This document shows positions 28,321 through 42,569 of a stretch of 64,000 nt of DNA, piece after piece. The stretch comes from Octopus sinensis. Taxonomy: Eukaryota. Position 1 is the first letter of the stretch. Each line of letters opens with the position of its first letter. The notes beneath the pieces were generated by a model, which saw only the letters and a list, made by a program, of their open reading frames with translations, was not told the origin of the DNA and made no database searches. Position numbers and translations under genes: made by a program. The stretch lies in contig NC_043015.1 in assembly GCF_006345805.1 (NCBI RefSeq), forward strand, positions 1,240,001-1,304,000, given 5' to 3'.

Positions 28321-28540
28321 ATGCACACTGCAAAAATTGAAAATTTGTGAATCTGTAAATACTTATATGATTTTCTAAGCATGCGAACATTTGATTGTCG
28401 GTAAATACGCTAAAAGTTTGTATATGTATTGTAACCCATTGAGAGTTAGGAAAATGAAGATTTACAGATGACCTGCTGCAATTGTAACACCGAAAGAAAG
28501 CAATTACCGACTGAAGAAAGCCGATATATATATATATATA

Positions 28541-28578
<38 letters not shown>

Positions 28579-28930
28579 AAGTATGTATATATATATATAT
28601 ATATATATATACATACACACATATACATGCATACATACAATAGACATACAAACATACATACATATATATATAGGTGATGGATGGATGGATGGATGGATGG
28701 ATGAGTGGATGGCTGAATAGATAGTGATATAGATAAATATAGATAGATAGATGATAATATATACACATATATCTACCCACACAAACACACACACTCATAC
28801 ATGTATATATGAATATATGTATATAGACCTATATATACACACATACTGTTATATGCAGGAGTGCACTTGAGTGTCCTTTTGTATATGTATAAATACATAG
28901 GCATATATATGTATATATATGTATATGTAC

Positions 28931-28975
<45 letters not shown>

Positions 28976-29455
28976 TATGTACGTGTGTGTGTATACATGT
29001 ATTTGTTTGTGAGAATGATTTGTATGAATATGCGTAAACTCGATGGCATATCAACATGTTTATAGATATATCTTAAAAAGACAGAAAGATGTAAGTTGAA
29101 TAGTAATAGAAATAAGCAAGTTCTTATATACTTGTATCGATCATTTTAAGTATATGACAGAAAGAAAAGCGACAGGACGTTGGGAAGAGAAATAGTAAAT
29201 GGGAAGTGGGATTGAAAATGGCGGAAACGACGAAGAAATGTGAGTATAAGAAAAAGAAAAAAATGAAAAGGGAATGGCAGGGAAAGATATGGAGGAAGAA
29301 AGGTAGTGAGTGAGGAAGGGAAAGATTGAGGGAAGCCATAGACTGGAAGATAAGACCGGAAGAGATATAGGTCTAGAAAGAAGGAAATGGTTGGAGAGTG
29401 TGGATGAAAAGAATATAACACAATATCAGTAGGCAAAAACATATATGTATAAGTG

Positions 29456-29489
<34 letters not shown>

Positions 29490-29523
29490 CGTATATATGT
29501 ATATATGTATATATATATATGTA

Positions 29524-29560
<37 letters not shown>

Positions 29561-29633
29561 ATATATATATATATATATTATATTTATATATATACATATA
29601 TATATATTATATATACATATATATATATATAAT

Positions 29634-29665
<32 letters not shown>

Positions 29666-29691
29666 GGTATATATATATATATTATATATAT

Positions 29692-29752
<61 letters not shown>

Positions 29753-30674
29753 ATATATGTATATATATATATGGTGTGTGTGTGGATATATATAATATAT
29801 AGTTTTATATCTATATATTTTTAAACGGTGTGTTGGTCCCCCAAATTGATTAATATCGAAAGATATCAAACTTTGTTTCTTCGAAACTTACTTTGGAATT
29901 TACTAGTGTGAATTAGTGCAAGCATGAAAACTTACATATGAAAATATAAAGTATATGATTTAACTTATTTAACACAGTTTAACAGTTAACACAGTTCAGC
30001 AATTTATTCAATATTTATGTAAATGAACGAGATAAGATATTAAAATAAATTAAACTTTTTATTACAGATGTTTCTATACAATTTTGTATCGTACAGAAAC
30101 ACAGGGATTTCTTGCAGTCATGTCTTTTTTAAACAAGATGTCTTGCTTAAAATAGACATTACTACGGTGAAGGAGTTGAAAGAGTTGTGCGTCACTGATG
30201 AGGCGAAACTAGCTCTAAACATCATTTGTAAGTCAACCATTGAGGTTTTATTAAACTCGGATCTCTGACCATGTATATTTTCATGGCGTTTAATGTTGTT
30301 TCAAAAATGTTTCATTATAAGAATAAAATATAGCTAGCATAATATAACAAGCGAACAGATAATATAACACACGCATGATATAACATTCTGTGTCACTTCG
30401 AAGAACGCGTCAAACATGCAGTTTGGTAAAACAAGTTTCCTTTCCCACGCGATATTACTGGTTTTATGTGCAATACATATGTGAATACTTAAGGTGGTAC
30501 AGAGTTCCTAACGATCAATTAGCTGTCGATATGCACATAGAACTCTCCCCTCTGTTTCTCTCCGAACGCATTGTACGGATTAACAGTTTGCGGTCATCGT
30601 TATACGGACTGTTCGCTAAAGTTTTATAGATTGTACTATAGCACATTGTAAATAAATAAAAAGTAAATGCTACT

Positions 30675-30916
30675 TCTTAAAGCCTAGCCTGGCTCATGCG
30701 CTCGATTTCCTAATTTCAATGGCGTATGTGTTCCCTAGCTGAATGGGACGCCAGTCCATCGCAGCGTTATTCAGTTTTGGCTGCTGAGTGGACTGGAGCA
30801 ACGTGAAATGAAGTGTTTTGATCAAGAACAAAACGCGTCACCCGGTCCAAGAATCGAAACCACAATCTTACGATCATGATGCTGACACCCTAACCTCTGA
30901 GCCACGAGCCTCCACA
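30675..30916 (-). mobile_element. tRNA-derived SINE (family C)
   Basis: Minus head GTGGAGGCTCGTGGCTCAGAGGTTAGGG...GGTTTCGATTC, core AAAACACTTCATTTCACGTTGCTCCAGTCCACTCAGC, then CTGCGATGGACTGGCGTCCC. Confidence 0.8.
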
Positions 30917-31168
30917 TAGTACATTGTAGCTGTCCATATATCTGTATTTCTCTATTTTGCGTAGTATTTTTACGGCCATTTTGGTTGTACAGAAGATGCT
31001 CCTAAAACGTGTTGGGTAGGTTCAAATAACATTGCTTTCGAGGAATAATTAGCACACCTTTAAACTTTACCGCAGATGTGGCGTTCGGATGTGGCCGGGT
31101 AGAGAAGAACATTTTACATCTCATTCGATATTACATATATTTCAAGTTATACACATGAATGAGTCTGC

Positions 31169-31169
<1 letters not shown>

Positions 31170-31199
<30 letters not shown>

Positions 31200-31275
31200 T
31201 GTATGTATGTATGTATGTATGTATGTATGTATGTATGTATGTATGTATGTATGTATGTATGTATGTATGTATGTA
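31170..31275. repeat. (TATG)n microsatellite
   Basis: Visible directly. Confidence 0.97.
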
Positions 31276-31450
31276 TCATGATAGAACGCTAGTCACTACA
31301 CACGTTTTTTCTCTCCTTGTTTCACTCCTTTTTTTCTGTGTCCCTTTCTGTAGAAGAGCGTAGGATCGAAACGTAAAATACTTCTTCAAATCCTGAGCGT
31401 TATACTAATACATCTGTTTGTTTTGTACACCACCTGTCTTCCTCTTTTGT
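31276..31450 (+). mobile_element. Interspersed repeat, possibly a Penelope-like terminus; homologous to 33170-33380 in inverse orientation
   Basis: Shares CATGAT..A.CGCTAG.CACTA...CCTTTCTGT.GAAGAGCGTAGG.TCGAAACGTAAAA...CGAGC.TTA.ACTAATACATCTG with the reverse complement of 33170-33380. Confidence 0.6.
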
Positions 31451-32079
31451 ATTATTTTTTTCGTGAACTCTCCCTATGTATGTAGATAGGTATGTGTGTA
31501 TTTGTTTGAATGAATTCATATATGCATATATACGTACATAAAGACTTGCATTCACACACACAAATATATATATGTATTTATATATATATATACATGTATT
31601 CGTGTGCTCCTATGTGTATTCGTGTGTGTGTGTGTATGTGTGTGTGTAAATGATGTGCTCATGTTTGCGTTAGTGTAAGCTTGTGATTCTGGTTACTTTT
31701 TTGATATTGATGAGGTGTCTAACCTATCGGTAATGGTTGTTTTAATGTAGTTGACAATGTCGAAACAAAGGCAGGAAAACAAGCTTAAAACTATTATTAT
31801 TATCACCAATAACATATCATTATTACTACTATTATTACTATTATTATTACTGCTACTACTATCATTGTTTTTTGCTATTAACGTTATTACAAATACTCAG
31901 TCTTTGATTTATTTTTTAATATATTTTATTACATTTATTGCCATAAATATTATTACGGTCATGTTTTCATGTCTAATTGCTGTGAGCTGAATACATAATG
32001 GCAAAAATCCTTCAGTACATGGGTTTCAAAAGCTTTCCATTACTACTACTACTACTACTACTACTAGTAGTAGTAGTAG

Positions 32080-32134
<55 letters not shown>

Positions 32135-32466
32135 GCTGCTACTACTACTACTACCTGTTTTGTTATTGTTGATTTTCTGGTGTCTGTCTAATGTCTTTTA
32201 TGTTCGTCGCTTTATTTCGATTTTTATAAATTTATCGCATTTCTATTTATTCCAGTTGCTTTCCGATTGTTTAAATGCGATGGATCGTTAGATACAATAA
32301 ACGCAGCTACCTCTGACATCTCTCGGGAGATCTCAGCAGAGATGTTTTACTGATTTATCTTTGCAAATTTTATATGTATGTCTGTATAACAACATACGTG
32401 CGTATGGGCTTATTTCCCTTTATGTCATGTTGCCCTAAGTAACCGCACCTCACTAGAAAGTATCCC

Positions 32467-32497
<31 letters not shown>

Positions 32498-32498
<1 letters not shown>

Positions 32499-33128
32499 CA
32501 ACAATTAAGGAATGGCCTTAATAGGCCATTCGGCCCACTAGAAGAAGCAGCCAGGACTCAAACCGCTAAGTAGTAATAATTCAGAAATTAAATGAAAATT
32601 TAAAAACATTTACCCTAATCCATCTTTAGACGATGCATCGTTTCGGTGTCTTTTATGGCAAACCAGCTGAATTAAATTAAATTAAGTCAATCTACCAAAG
32701 GTTTACACCTCATCGGTAAAGAATCCAGGAGAGACGGATATACACGAGGCGTCTGTATCAATGCCCTCGGAATATGTGCCCTAAAATTTTCAAAACCATC
32801 GTATTCGCGCCAACTTATCAGCAGCAAATATAAACTGCAGATTCAATCTCAGAATTAGTCAGAAAATCATCAATTAATCAATTTAGGGTAGCAAAAAATT
32901 CAATAGAAATTTATCGCTACCAGCGGTCTAATGGGAAAGAGAATTTCTGAATTACTACTACTTAGCGGTTTGAGTCCTGGCTGCTTCTTCTAGTGGGCCG
33001 AATGGCCTATTAAGGCCATTCCTTAATTGTTGTTGAATTTATATATATAGTCTTTGACTATTTTCTCTTTCCCACTAGACCGCTGGTAGCGATAAATTTC
33101 TATTGAATTTTTTGCTACCCTAAATTGA

Positions 33129-33133
<5 letters not shown>
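32498..33133 (-). mobile_element. Non-coding element with two interlocked inverted-repeat pairs and a hammerhead motif; Penelope-like/retrozyme-like
   Basis: A 32498-32589 is the rc of A' 32942-33033, and B 32873-32943 is the rc of B' 33063-33133 (near-identical); (TA)n on both flanks. Confidence 0.85.
32623..32722 (-). ncRNA. Type I hammerhead ribozyme motif (U4C core variant)
   Basis: Minus strand: stem I TCTTTA/TAAAGA; core CCGATGA; stem II GGTGT/ACACC plus inner AAACC/GGTTT; GAAA; stem III ACGATGCATCGT (perfect palindrome); GTC triplet with predicted cleavage between 32629 and 32628. Confidence 0.78.
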
Positions 33134-33165
<32 letters not shown>

Positions 33166-33169
33166 TGAG

Positions 33170-33380
33170 AATTTTGAAAAAAAAACAAAAGACGAAGACG
33201 GGTGTGTAAACAGCAAACAGATGTATTAGTTAAAAGCTCGGGAAGAGAGAATATCTTTTACGTTTCGAGCCTACGCTCTTCGACAGAAAGGAACACAGAT
33301 ATAAACAGGAAGAGAAAATAGAAATAAAAGGAAAACGTTTAGTGGCTAGCGATCGATCATGTCGAATGCCGGACAGAGGG
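33170..33380 (-). mobile_element. Interspersed repeat, possibly a Penelope-like terminus (second copy)
   Basis: Reverse-complement homolog of 31276-31450. Confidence 0.6.
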
Positions 33381-33504
33381 GAGAATATTATTTTTTCTTC
33401 TTCTTATTATTATTGTTGTTGTTGTTGTTGTTCTTGTTGTTATTTTACAGGCAAGTGAGTAAATTTCGAACGCTTCTATAGCGTCCGAAATTGAAAACAA
33501 CAGA

Positions 33505-34108
33505 AAGACGGGGCGAATTTGCCAGCAGACAGCCACAGGACTTAAACCCGTATCCCTCAGATACTGGATGAGTATGCTATCATTTAGCTAAACGTCCCGA
33601 TGACGACAATTACCCCCAATTATAAAGTTACATGGTAATATTTTTTTTGGAATACAACATTTTATAAAGATCCTTTGAAATCGTCGATTGTGTTTGGTAT
33701 GTTACACAGAAAAACTAAATTTCGAACGCAGTGTAGCGGTGATAAAAGCAGGTAGATTCGGTATTTTACCCTTAAAAGACGGAATGAAATCCCTTAGCAA
33801 GTGCTAACGAGACTCAATCCGTTCACCACATTTACACTGCCTAGTACTTTACCACTCGCTGACCATTACCCTCACATTTAAGGTTAAATAATTATAGATT
33901 TTTGAATGCGAGAGCATTTTATAAACAAACTTGGTATTTTACAAACAAGGAAGTAAATTTCGACAGCAGTATAACAGTAACAACAGCATATAAGACGGGA
34001 AAATTTTGCCAGCAAACTTGAGCAACGTGAGAACGTGTCGCCGGGAATCAAAACCTCCACCCAACTATGGTGATATGATTACCCTAAGCACTAAGTCACG
34101 CGTCCCCA
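33505..34108 (-). mobile_element. Two degenerate tRNA-like SINE heads (33505-33600 and 33990-34108)
   Basis: Minus-strand A/B-box-like TAGCTAAATGAT...GGTTTAAGTCC and TGACTTAGTGCTTAG...GGTTTTGATTCC; both share the AAGACGGG..AATTT.GCCAGCA block. Confidence 0.5.
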
Positions 34109-35500
34109 GTCAATTGCCTATTTAATGCTTTTCTAAAAGCTTGTTTTCTTTTTTTAACATGTTGATATAATTGTACTTACGAAGAAATTGTCGCACTGTG
34201 AGTGTCCGTATACGGTGAAATTTCTCACTGTGAATTTTCTAGACGCGAATATAACACCTGAGGCTTTGTTTTACATTTTAAATTCAATAAATGTCTACTG
34301 GTATTAAGGTGCATGTTTTACAGAGGATTACATTTGTGTCGTTTATCTTAGCTCGTCAACATATCAAATACGGATAGATTAATGCTTTAAATGCATGTCT
34401 ATTTTATTGCTTGCTGAGTAATGGAAAACGAAATAGAATACGGCGGTGTTTGGTAAATTATCGGGGATTTGAGAAATCTTCTCTGACATTGACGCTGTAC
34501 GGAAAGAACGAAATTAAATATTGATATAATCTTTATTTTCATGCCATTTAGTTTTGTCATTTTTTCCTCTCCTCTCTCAGATGGAATTTATTAATAATGT
34601 TTCCTTGGTCTTGAAATATTAAATTATTCTGATTTTTGCCCTCTTGCAGTGTCGCTAATCAAGGGGCTTATAACTGAGACGTTGTTGATCTGGATAGCAT
34701 CCAAAAGATTTCAGATGTTAAGTGATTGGGCAAATGTGAAATCCATAGCAACATTTCCCATAAGTTTTCGAGTGTAGGTTATATATGTTTTGGCTAACTG
34801 AAGATTTGTCAAATCTTAACATGGTCAAGAGGATTTAAGAAATCTTAACATAGACAACGCTTTTGAAAATTGTCAGTTCGTAAACTAAGACGCAAAATAA
34901 ATATCTAAGCAAAATATGATATTATGGAGTATCATTCTCGTCTTGACCTAAGGCGGGTGGTTTAATCTTAAAATACAGGGTGAGCCAAAAGTCACGCACG
35001 AAGAGGAAAATCATTTAATACATATTGCAGATTTCAAAAGGAAGGTTTTCGTCAGTGGCGTTTGGCCCACACTGTACATAAATTTACAAAAAATATTAAA
35101 GTATAAAAGGAAACATGAATACTGGCAAAATACACTATATTTGTAGGGTAATCTAAAATGACTGACATCATCGACATAATATCAATGAAGATAACCAAAT
35201 AGAATAGCAAAATGGGGGAATGTCTCTTTATTTTTGGGATTTTAGGTTTCATGTCCTTGTATTAATTTGTAAATTTTGATGTCGGTGCTACAGAAAACTA
35301 TAAAATAGATGCCGTATTTAACAACAGATGTATCCAGATTAGTCACAGGCGAAACTACATAAGTTGGCAGACTTTCAATAAGGACATACCCCAAATTACG
35401 GACGATTAATATTCAAAGTCACTATGCTTGCTTGAGAACAACAAAAGCAACAACACCAAGAAGAAGAAGAAGAAGAAGAACAACAACAACAACAACAACA

Positions 35501-35544
<44 letters not shown>

Positions 35545-36100
35545 ACTACTACTACTACTATTCATAGTAGTAGCAGCAGGAGTTGCTGATGTTCATTAAA
35601 ATGCTGTTTATTCACCTTAGGGTCTTCATCCATGGTTGCGTTATTATTATTCGTTGTAGTGTTACTGTTTTGGGGGTTGTAGATTTTGTTGGCGGTGTTG
35701 GTGCTGTTGGTGGTGATGTAGATGGCACTAGAAGTTGTGATGATGATGTTAATATCGATGATAATGACGGTGGCGATGATGGTGATGATGGTGATGGTGG
35801 TTGTGATGACAGCGACGACTTCGAGGGTGACATCGAGGACAACGGCGAGGGCGCTAGTACGTTTGTTGGTGTTTCTTTACAGGAATAAGAGCCCTTTCTT
35901 GAGTTAACGAAATTGCCCTATTGTTCTACAGGGTGTCTAAGACGACCCACTCCCCTCCTTCTCTCCTTCTCAAATCTGTTCTAAATCAACACTTCAAATT
36001 GAATAGTTCACTCATTCTATTTCGTCCCACCGTACGCTGTAAACATTGGACACTCTCTCTCTCTCTTTCACACACACACACACACACACTCTCTCTCTCT

Positions 36101-36132
<32 letters not shown>

Positions 36133-36979
36133 CATACGTATATATATATATATATATTATGTGCATGTATGTGCATGTATATGTATATATGTGTGTGTCT
36201 ACGTGTATATACATGTATATATATAAATATATATATATATGTATATTTATACATACATTATATATGTACATATATGTGTATATGTGTTTGTATTCATATA
36301 TAAACATATACTCACACATACACACACACATATATATATTATCATGTATGTGTATATGTTTGTGTGTATGTGTATGTGTTTGTGTGTATGTCCCTGTGTG
36401 TATGTGAGTATGAGAGTGTATGAGTGTGTGTGTGTGTGTGTGTGTGTGTGTATTTACAAAAACAAACATGCATGTACACACATTCAACATCCTTTCCGTC
36501 TCCTAACGTATTTTCACTTTTCTTTCTGGTTCCCTGTATCACACAAACTCTCAAAGATCGTCTGAAATACGTGTCAACAAACAGTGGTCGCGTGCACACG
36601 AGCGAAAAATTGACCCCCCTCCTTCTCTAACTAGCATTGTCAGGTTTTGTCTCACTTTCTCTATACTTGTTTTTACCTAAAATTCTCTCTCTCTATCTCT
36701 CTCTCCCGTTTTTACTCATAGGCACGCACACACACAAACAGACACACGCACACACACACACACACATATATATATATACACATATGTATATTTTCATATA
36801 CATTCATATATATACATACATTCACACTATTTTAGATAGATGTATACGTAAAGAGACACACTAATAAAGAAATAGAGAGATTGGTGGACAGACGATCGTT
36901 CACTGCAGAGACACGGATATATGCATACACACACATACACATACGCACACACACATACATATATATATATATTTATATG

Positions 36980-37011
<32 letters not shown>

Positions 37012-37190
37012 TTGAATCATTAAATAGATAAACAGATATGTTGATAGGTAGATAGATAGATGGATGAATGGATAGATAGATAGATACAAAGATAGATAGA
37101 TAGATAGATAGACTGACTGATAGACAACATGCAGGTGGATGTGTGTGCGTGCGTGTGCTTGCATGTGTTGTCACATACGCGCATGCATTG

Positions 37191-37229
<39 letters not shown>

Positions 37230-37798
37230 TCCCCATACATATATATGTGTGTATGTATATGTATGTACACACACGCGCGCACATACACACACACACAATA
37301 ACACACATTTATACATACACACATACATCTCAGCACACGGACACGCAAACGTACATAGCGGTGTTTATGCTAAAAAGATATATAATTAGTCACTTATACC
37401 AGCTTACACGTGCATAGACATGCATGCATTAACGAACAATACTATTCAGTTTCTTGTCACTGTGTATTCTTTAATCCAAGTGATCCGAAGGGTTTAAACA
37501 GCATTAGATATTCATAAGAATATCAGCAAACGTTAAAATTAATCTAACCCTATGTCGCCAACATTTTGTGTTTTTTCTGTGTTTTTTCTTTGTTTTGTTT
37601 TGTTGTATTTTAGATTTGGTGTAATTTTTTTTCTTTAGTGAGTTGCCATTTTTTATACTTTTGTTTATAGTCGTTTTCGTTATCTGTTTAGTAATTTAAT
37701 TTGTAATACATACAATCTAGTTTCTTGTTATCACTTACTTGCGTGTATTTGCGTGTATGTGGTGTGTATGTGTGTTTGTGTGTATGTATAAGTGCGTC

Positions 37799-37855
<57 letters not shown>

Positions 37856-37947
37856 TACATACATACATACATATATACATACATACATACAGAAGCACAT
37901 AGTCATATGTATATGTATATATACATATATATTAATTACTTGCTGCT

Positions 37948-37988
<41 letters not shown>

Positions 37989-39554
37989 ATAATAATAATA
38001 ATAATAATAATAATATATTCGTAGAGAGCTCATTTATATTTTATACTTTCTTACTGGTAATATCTTTTCAACAGAGGCATTAGTGGATTTAAAAAAAAAA
38101 GAAGGGAGACACAATATTAAGAAGAATTACGAAAAACAGAGAGAGAGAGAGAAAGAAAGAGAGAAAAAAAAAGAAAGAAAGGGGAAAAGAAAGAAAGACA
38201 GCAAGAAAGAAGAAAGATAGAATGAAAGGAAGAAAAGAAAACCGAGGAAGAATGCAGGGAATGAAGAAGAAAAAGGAAAACAAGGGAAGAATGGAACAAG
38301 TACATAAGAAGGACGGAAAGAAACGGTTAAAATTGATCTTATGTCGATAGTATTGTTGGTGGTGATATCGGTGATATCTTTGTTGATGATGATGGTTACT
38401 GAGATACTGATTGTTGCTGAAGTCTTTGGTGGCGGTGTCGTTTATATTTGTGCTAGTGTTGGTGGTTGTGTTGCTGTCTTGGAAAAAAAATTTGATTCCA
38501 ACGTAATTAAATTTAAGTAATAGACAGCATTTGTATGATAATAAAGAGTGACAATTTAAACAGCGTTACGAAAACAAACTCAGTTTTTCTCACTAGTTTT
38601 CTTAATCTGGTAAATGATTCCCAAAACAACTGTTCCCTATATTCGAACCAGTGTCTATTTCTCGTCCCTGTGTGTGTTTGCGCGCGCAAATCTGTATATT
38701 TCACTGTGTTTATCGTGAGTCTTATTCTTTCACTCCTCTTAGCCATCAATCCCTAAGATATACCGGAAAAGCGTTTAAAATCATGGACCTTGCTTCACGC
38801 CCGTCTTTTCGTGTCTCTCCAAATACCCAACATTTTTAGTTAAGCTCTTCTCTGTACGTCACATTCATAGCAGACAATTCAACGAATAGATGAAAGTCGC
38901 TTTTCTTCTAGTTGTTTCATTTTGTAGATGGCTAGTCAGCAATATTAATCTGGAATGAATCTAGAAGCATTTTCTCCTAAATGAAATAATCTATGCTTGT
39001 ATATACTAACACATTTGATTGACACATATACAATTCCTGACACACAAAAATCTAAAACCCTTACAGATGATCCTGACCAGAGAGGGCATTCCAGTTGTAT
39101 TATCAAACTTATATTCTTTTGTAGAGCTGTGGTACGAATCAACATTTTCTACAATCTTCTTTATATATCATCATGGCTTTCAAAAGCGTCTCTGTGGGTA
39201 TATGTGTGTTGTTTACATGTTCGTTTCTAGTAGAAAAGTGCTTAATGCAATGTGTTTAGCTTGTACTTCAGGTTTGAACTGACAGATTACCAAGGAGTTC
39301 AGAAGTTACCAGACGTAATGAACATTATAAATTCAGAGCGAGTGGTCCCTCTCTCACAAAATATTACCACCACATAACCATTGAACACTCAACTTAATAT
39401 TGAAAGGTAGTAAATCTAGAAATAGGCGAAAATTACAGCTGTGTAACGAAACTGGGAGTTATGCTGTTGGGAATTACATTTATAACTGTCTGTTTCTGTC
39501 TGTCTCTTTCGCTCTCTGTATATATTTGTCGATTTTTTTTATTTATGCGCCCTT

Positions 39555-39862
39555 TTCAAGCCTAGCCAGCCTCATGGGCCCGGTTTCCAGTTTTCTATGG
39601 CGTATGTGTTCCCTCCCAGCTGGACGGGACGCCAGTCCATCCAGCGTTACTGAAAAAAAAAACAGGAAGAAATAGTGAGAGAGATTTGGGGCGAAAGAGT
39701 ACAACAGGGATTGCCACCACCAGCCCCCTGCCAGAGATCGTGGAGCTTTAGGTGTTTTCGCTCAATAAACACAGGGTCAATAAAAACGCCCGGTCTGGGA
39801 ATCGAAACCGCGATCCTCCGACCGCAAGGACGCTGCCCTCACCATTGGGCCATTGCGCCCCC
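39555..39862 (-). mobile_element. tRNA-derived SINE with well-preserved head
   Basis: Minus head GGGGCGCAATGGCCCAATGGTGAGGG...GGTTTCGATTCCCAGACCGGGCG; tail shares GGACTGGCGTCCC...GGGAACACATACGCC with 30675-30916. Confidence 0.8.
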
Positions 39863-39867
39863 ACCTC

Positions 39868-39900
<33 letters not shown>

Positions 39901-39931
39901 TATATATATATATATAATATATATATATATA

Positions 39932-39968
<37 letters not shown>

Positions 39969-40374
39969 CTCTCTTTGTATATATAAACAAACTCATAGTC
40001 ACATACAAACGCACACCCAATGCAAAGACACACACAACAAATGTATACACATACACAAACACGCTCACATACACACATATATACATATATTTATATATGT
40101 ATAAATACGTACGTTAATGCATTCCTGTGTATATTTTATTGTAGCTATGTGTGTATGTGTTGGTAGACAACAAGCTAATTTAAGTAATTATCAGCAATAT
40201 AATTGATTGCAAATTTATATATTTTTATAACCGTTTTTATTTAATATTTTCCAAGATTTCATAACTTTCTTTTCTGCTGAAGCTTAAAACATAAAATTCA
40301 TTGATTCGATAAACAATATATATTCTAGCCGCTAATGTACTTCATCAACAAGATTCTACACTGCAACTATTGTG

Positions 40375-40758
40375 ATGCTAATGATGATGATGAGGATGAT
40401 GGTGATGATGATCATGATGATGATGATGGTGATGGTGGTGGTGGTGAAAGTGGTTGTGGTGGTGGTGACAGCGACGACGACGATTACGACGACGATGATG
40501 ATGTTCATGATGATAATGATGATGAAAATGACGATGACGACAGCAATGATGATGATGATGATGGTGATGATCACGATCATGATCCTGATCATGATGATGG
40601 TGGTGGTGGAGGTTTAGGCGGTGGTGACGACGTCGATGATGATGATACTGATGATGATAATGATGATGAAACTGACGACGACGACCACAATGATGATGAT
40701 GGTGATTATGAAGATGATGATGATGATGTTGATGATGGTGATGAAGACGACGATAATA

Positions 40759-40800
<42 letters not shown>

Positions 40801-41105
40801 GGGACGATGAGAATGAGGATGATGAGGATGAGGATGATCATGATGATAGTGGTCATGATGATGGTGGTGGTAGTGGTGGTGGTGTGTGTTGTGGTGGGGG
40901 TGAAAACGACGATGTTGACGACGACGATGATGATGATAATGATGAAGAAAATAACGACGTCGACGACAATGATGCTGATGATAATGATAATGATGAAGAA
41001 AATAACGACGTCGACGATAATGATGATGATGATAATCATGACGAAAATGACGACGACGATGATGATCTTGATGATCATGATGACAACGTTGATGATGATG
41101 ATAAT
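40375..41105. repeat. GAT/GAC/GGT-rich compound repeat with higher-order units
   Basis: Recurrent GGT-run then GACGAC...GATAATGATGATGAAA.TGACGA modules at about 40440, 40600 and 40900. Confidence 0.9.
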
Positions 41106-42569
41106 TGCCATTTTGACAAAAGGAGAAGATGATGAAATGCAAAATCAACGTCGGTCCAGTGTAAATGCCGGATTTCATATTTTCATTTTAATTCCTTTTC
41201 CGATTCTCACATTTTATTACTTCTTTATCTGGTCATTTCATGGGTTCAGTGAATGTTTCTATTTTCGCTAAATTCTGTGAGATTGTAGTAAGATATGTAA
41301 GAAATTGCGTTTTATTATATGTAATTTGTGTAATTAATATTTATTGACACTGAAATACGTCATTTCATTCTTTTAATATATTGTGTACATAGTTTGTCCA
41401 ATCTCAGGGGTTACGGCATCTGTCACATTTTTTTCAGTATTGCTTCAAATAATTTTTAAATATGGAAAACTTATGTAGCAAAGTAATAGTATTACTACAA
41501 CTGATCGGTATACGATAGCTTATTGTATTCAGAGGGCCATACGCTCACAGACACAGGCACCAACACATGCGTACATGATGCACACATATCCATATAACAA
41601 TGCATTTAAGTGTTCATAGAACGCACAGAATGTTGCAATTTTATGCAAAGTATGTTGCAATCTAAGTGTGCATGCGTTAAATATTTGGGATTGCTGTGCG
41701 AAGTGGACAATCCTTGAGAAAGCAAAGAGAATATACGCCTCAAAATTATTGAAAATGCAGATATTATTTTAAGAATCAGAGATTGTAAAGAAATGCAGAC
41801 ACTTCGATAAGTGTCGATTAGGCATTTGAGGAAGAGCATTATCACCCATGTAATTTTAGTTTACCCTTCCCTGTTAAACATTTACTCCATCTCGAATATT
41901 TTGTCCTTAATATACACTTCTTTTCCCTGCCGTATTTATATTTTCTTCTCTTATATTAAGATTTCTTTTCACTAAACTTTTTATCCATCATTCGAAAGTT
42001 CTTTGCAAGTTCTCCAATACTGAGGTTACAGGAACTCCAGGGAGAGAAAAGAACAGTATGAATAAGATAGACAGTGCATTCAAAGAGAACATTAGATACA
42101 GCAATATATAGATTCCCAAGAGTGTACGTAATTATCTCATACTCTGCGATGGTGAAAGTATCTGAACTGGGGATGACTTTAAAACATATCCCACAGTATC
42201 AAGTACAATATTTTCCAATATTTTGATATTACTATCAACCTTATTTCATCTCAGAAAAAGCATATATATACACGTTGGCGTATTTATGCTTGACATATGT
42301 GTGCAAGTATGTGCTTGTGTATGGGTATGTGTGTTGTGTCTGCTACGTAGATTCACATATATAACATACGTTGATACTGTGTGTACAGTGTTTTCTGCTG
42401 GGAGGACGCTGGTAATGAATAAGTTGTTAAACACAAATGGGTAGGTGTTAAATTTAAAGTATTTATAAAAAGACTCGTTATATGTTTCTCTGAGATTGAC
42501 CAACTGATGTAGACACCACTGATATTTATCTGTTTATGTATGTATATATATATATATATATATCAATAA

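Noticed and set aside
30191-30220. CTGATGA-GGC-GAAAC-TAGC minimal hammerhead-like string
   Set aside because: No stem II, no valid NUH after a paired stem III, and stem I does not pair.
34974-35000. TACAGGGTGAGCCAAAAGTCAC Tc1-like TIR
   Set aside because: No partner TIR and no transposase motif nearby.
39783-39862. Possible genuine tRNA gene
   Set aside because: No closed acceptor stem, and it runs directly into a SINE body shared with other copies.
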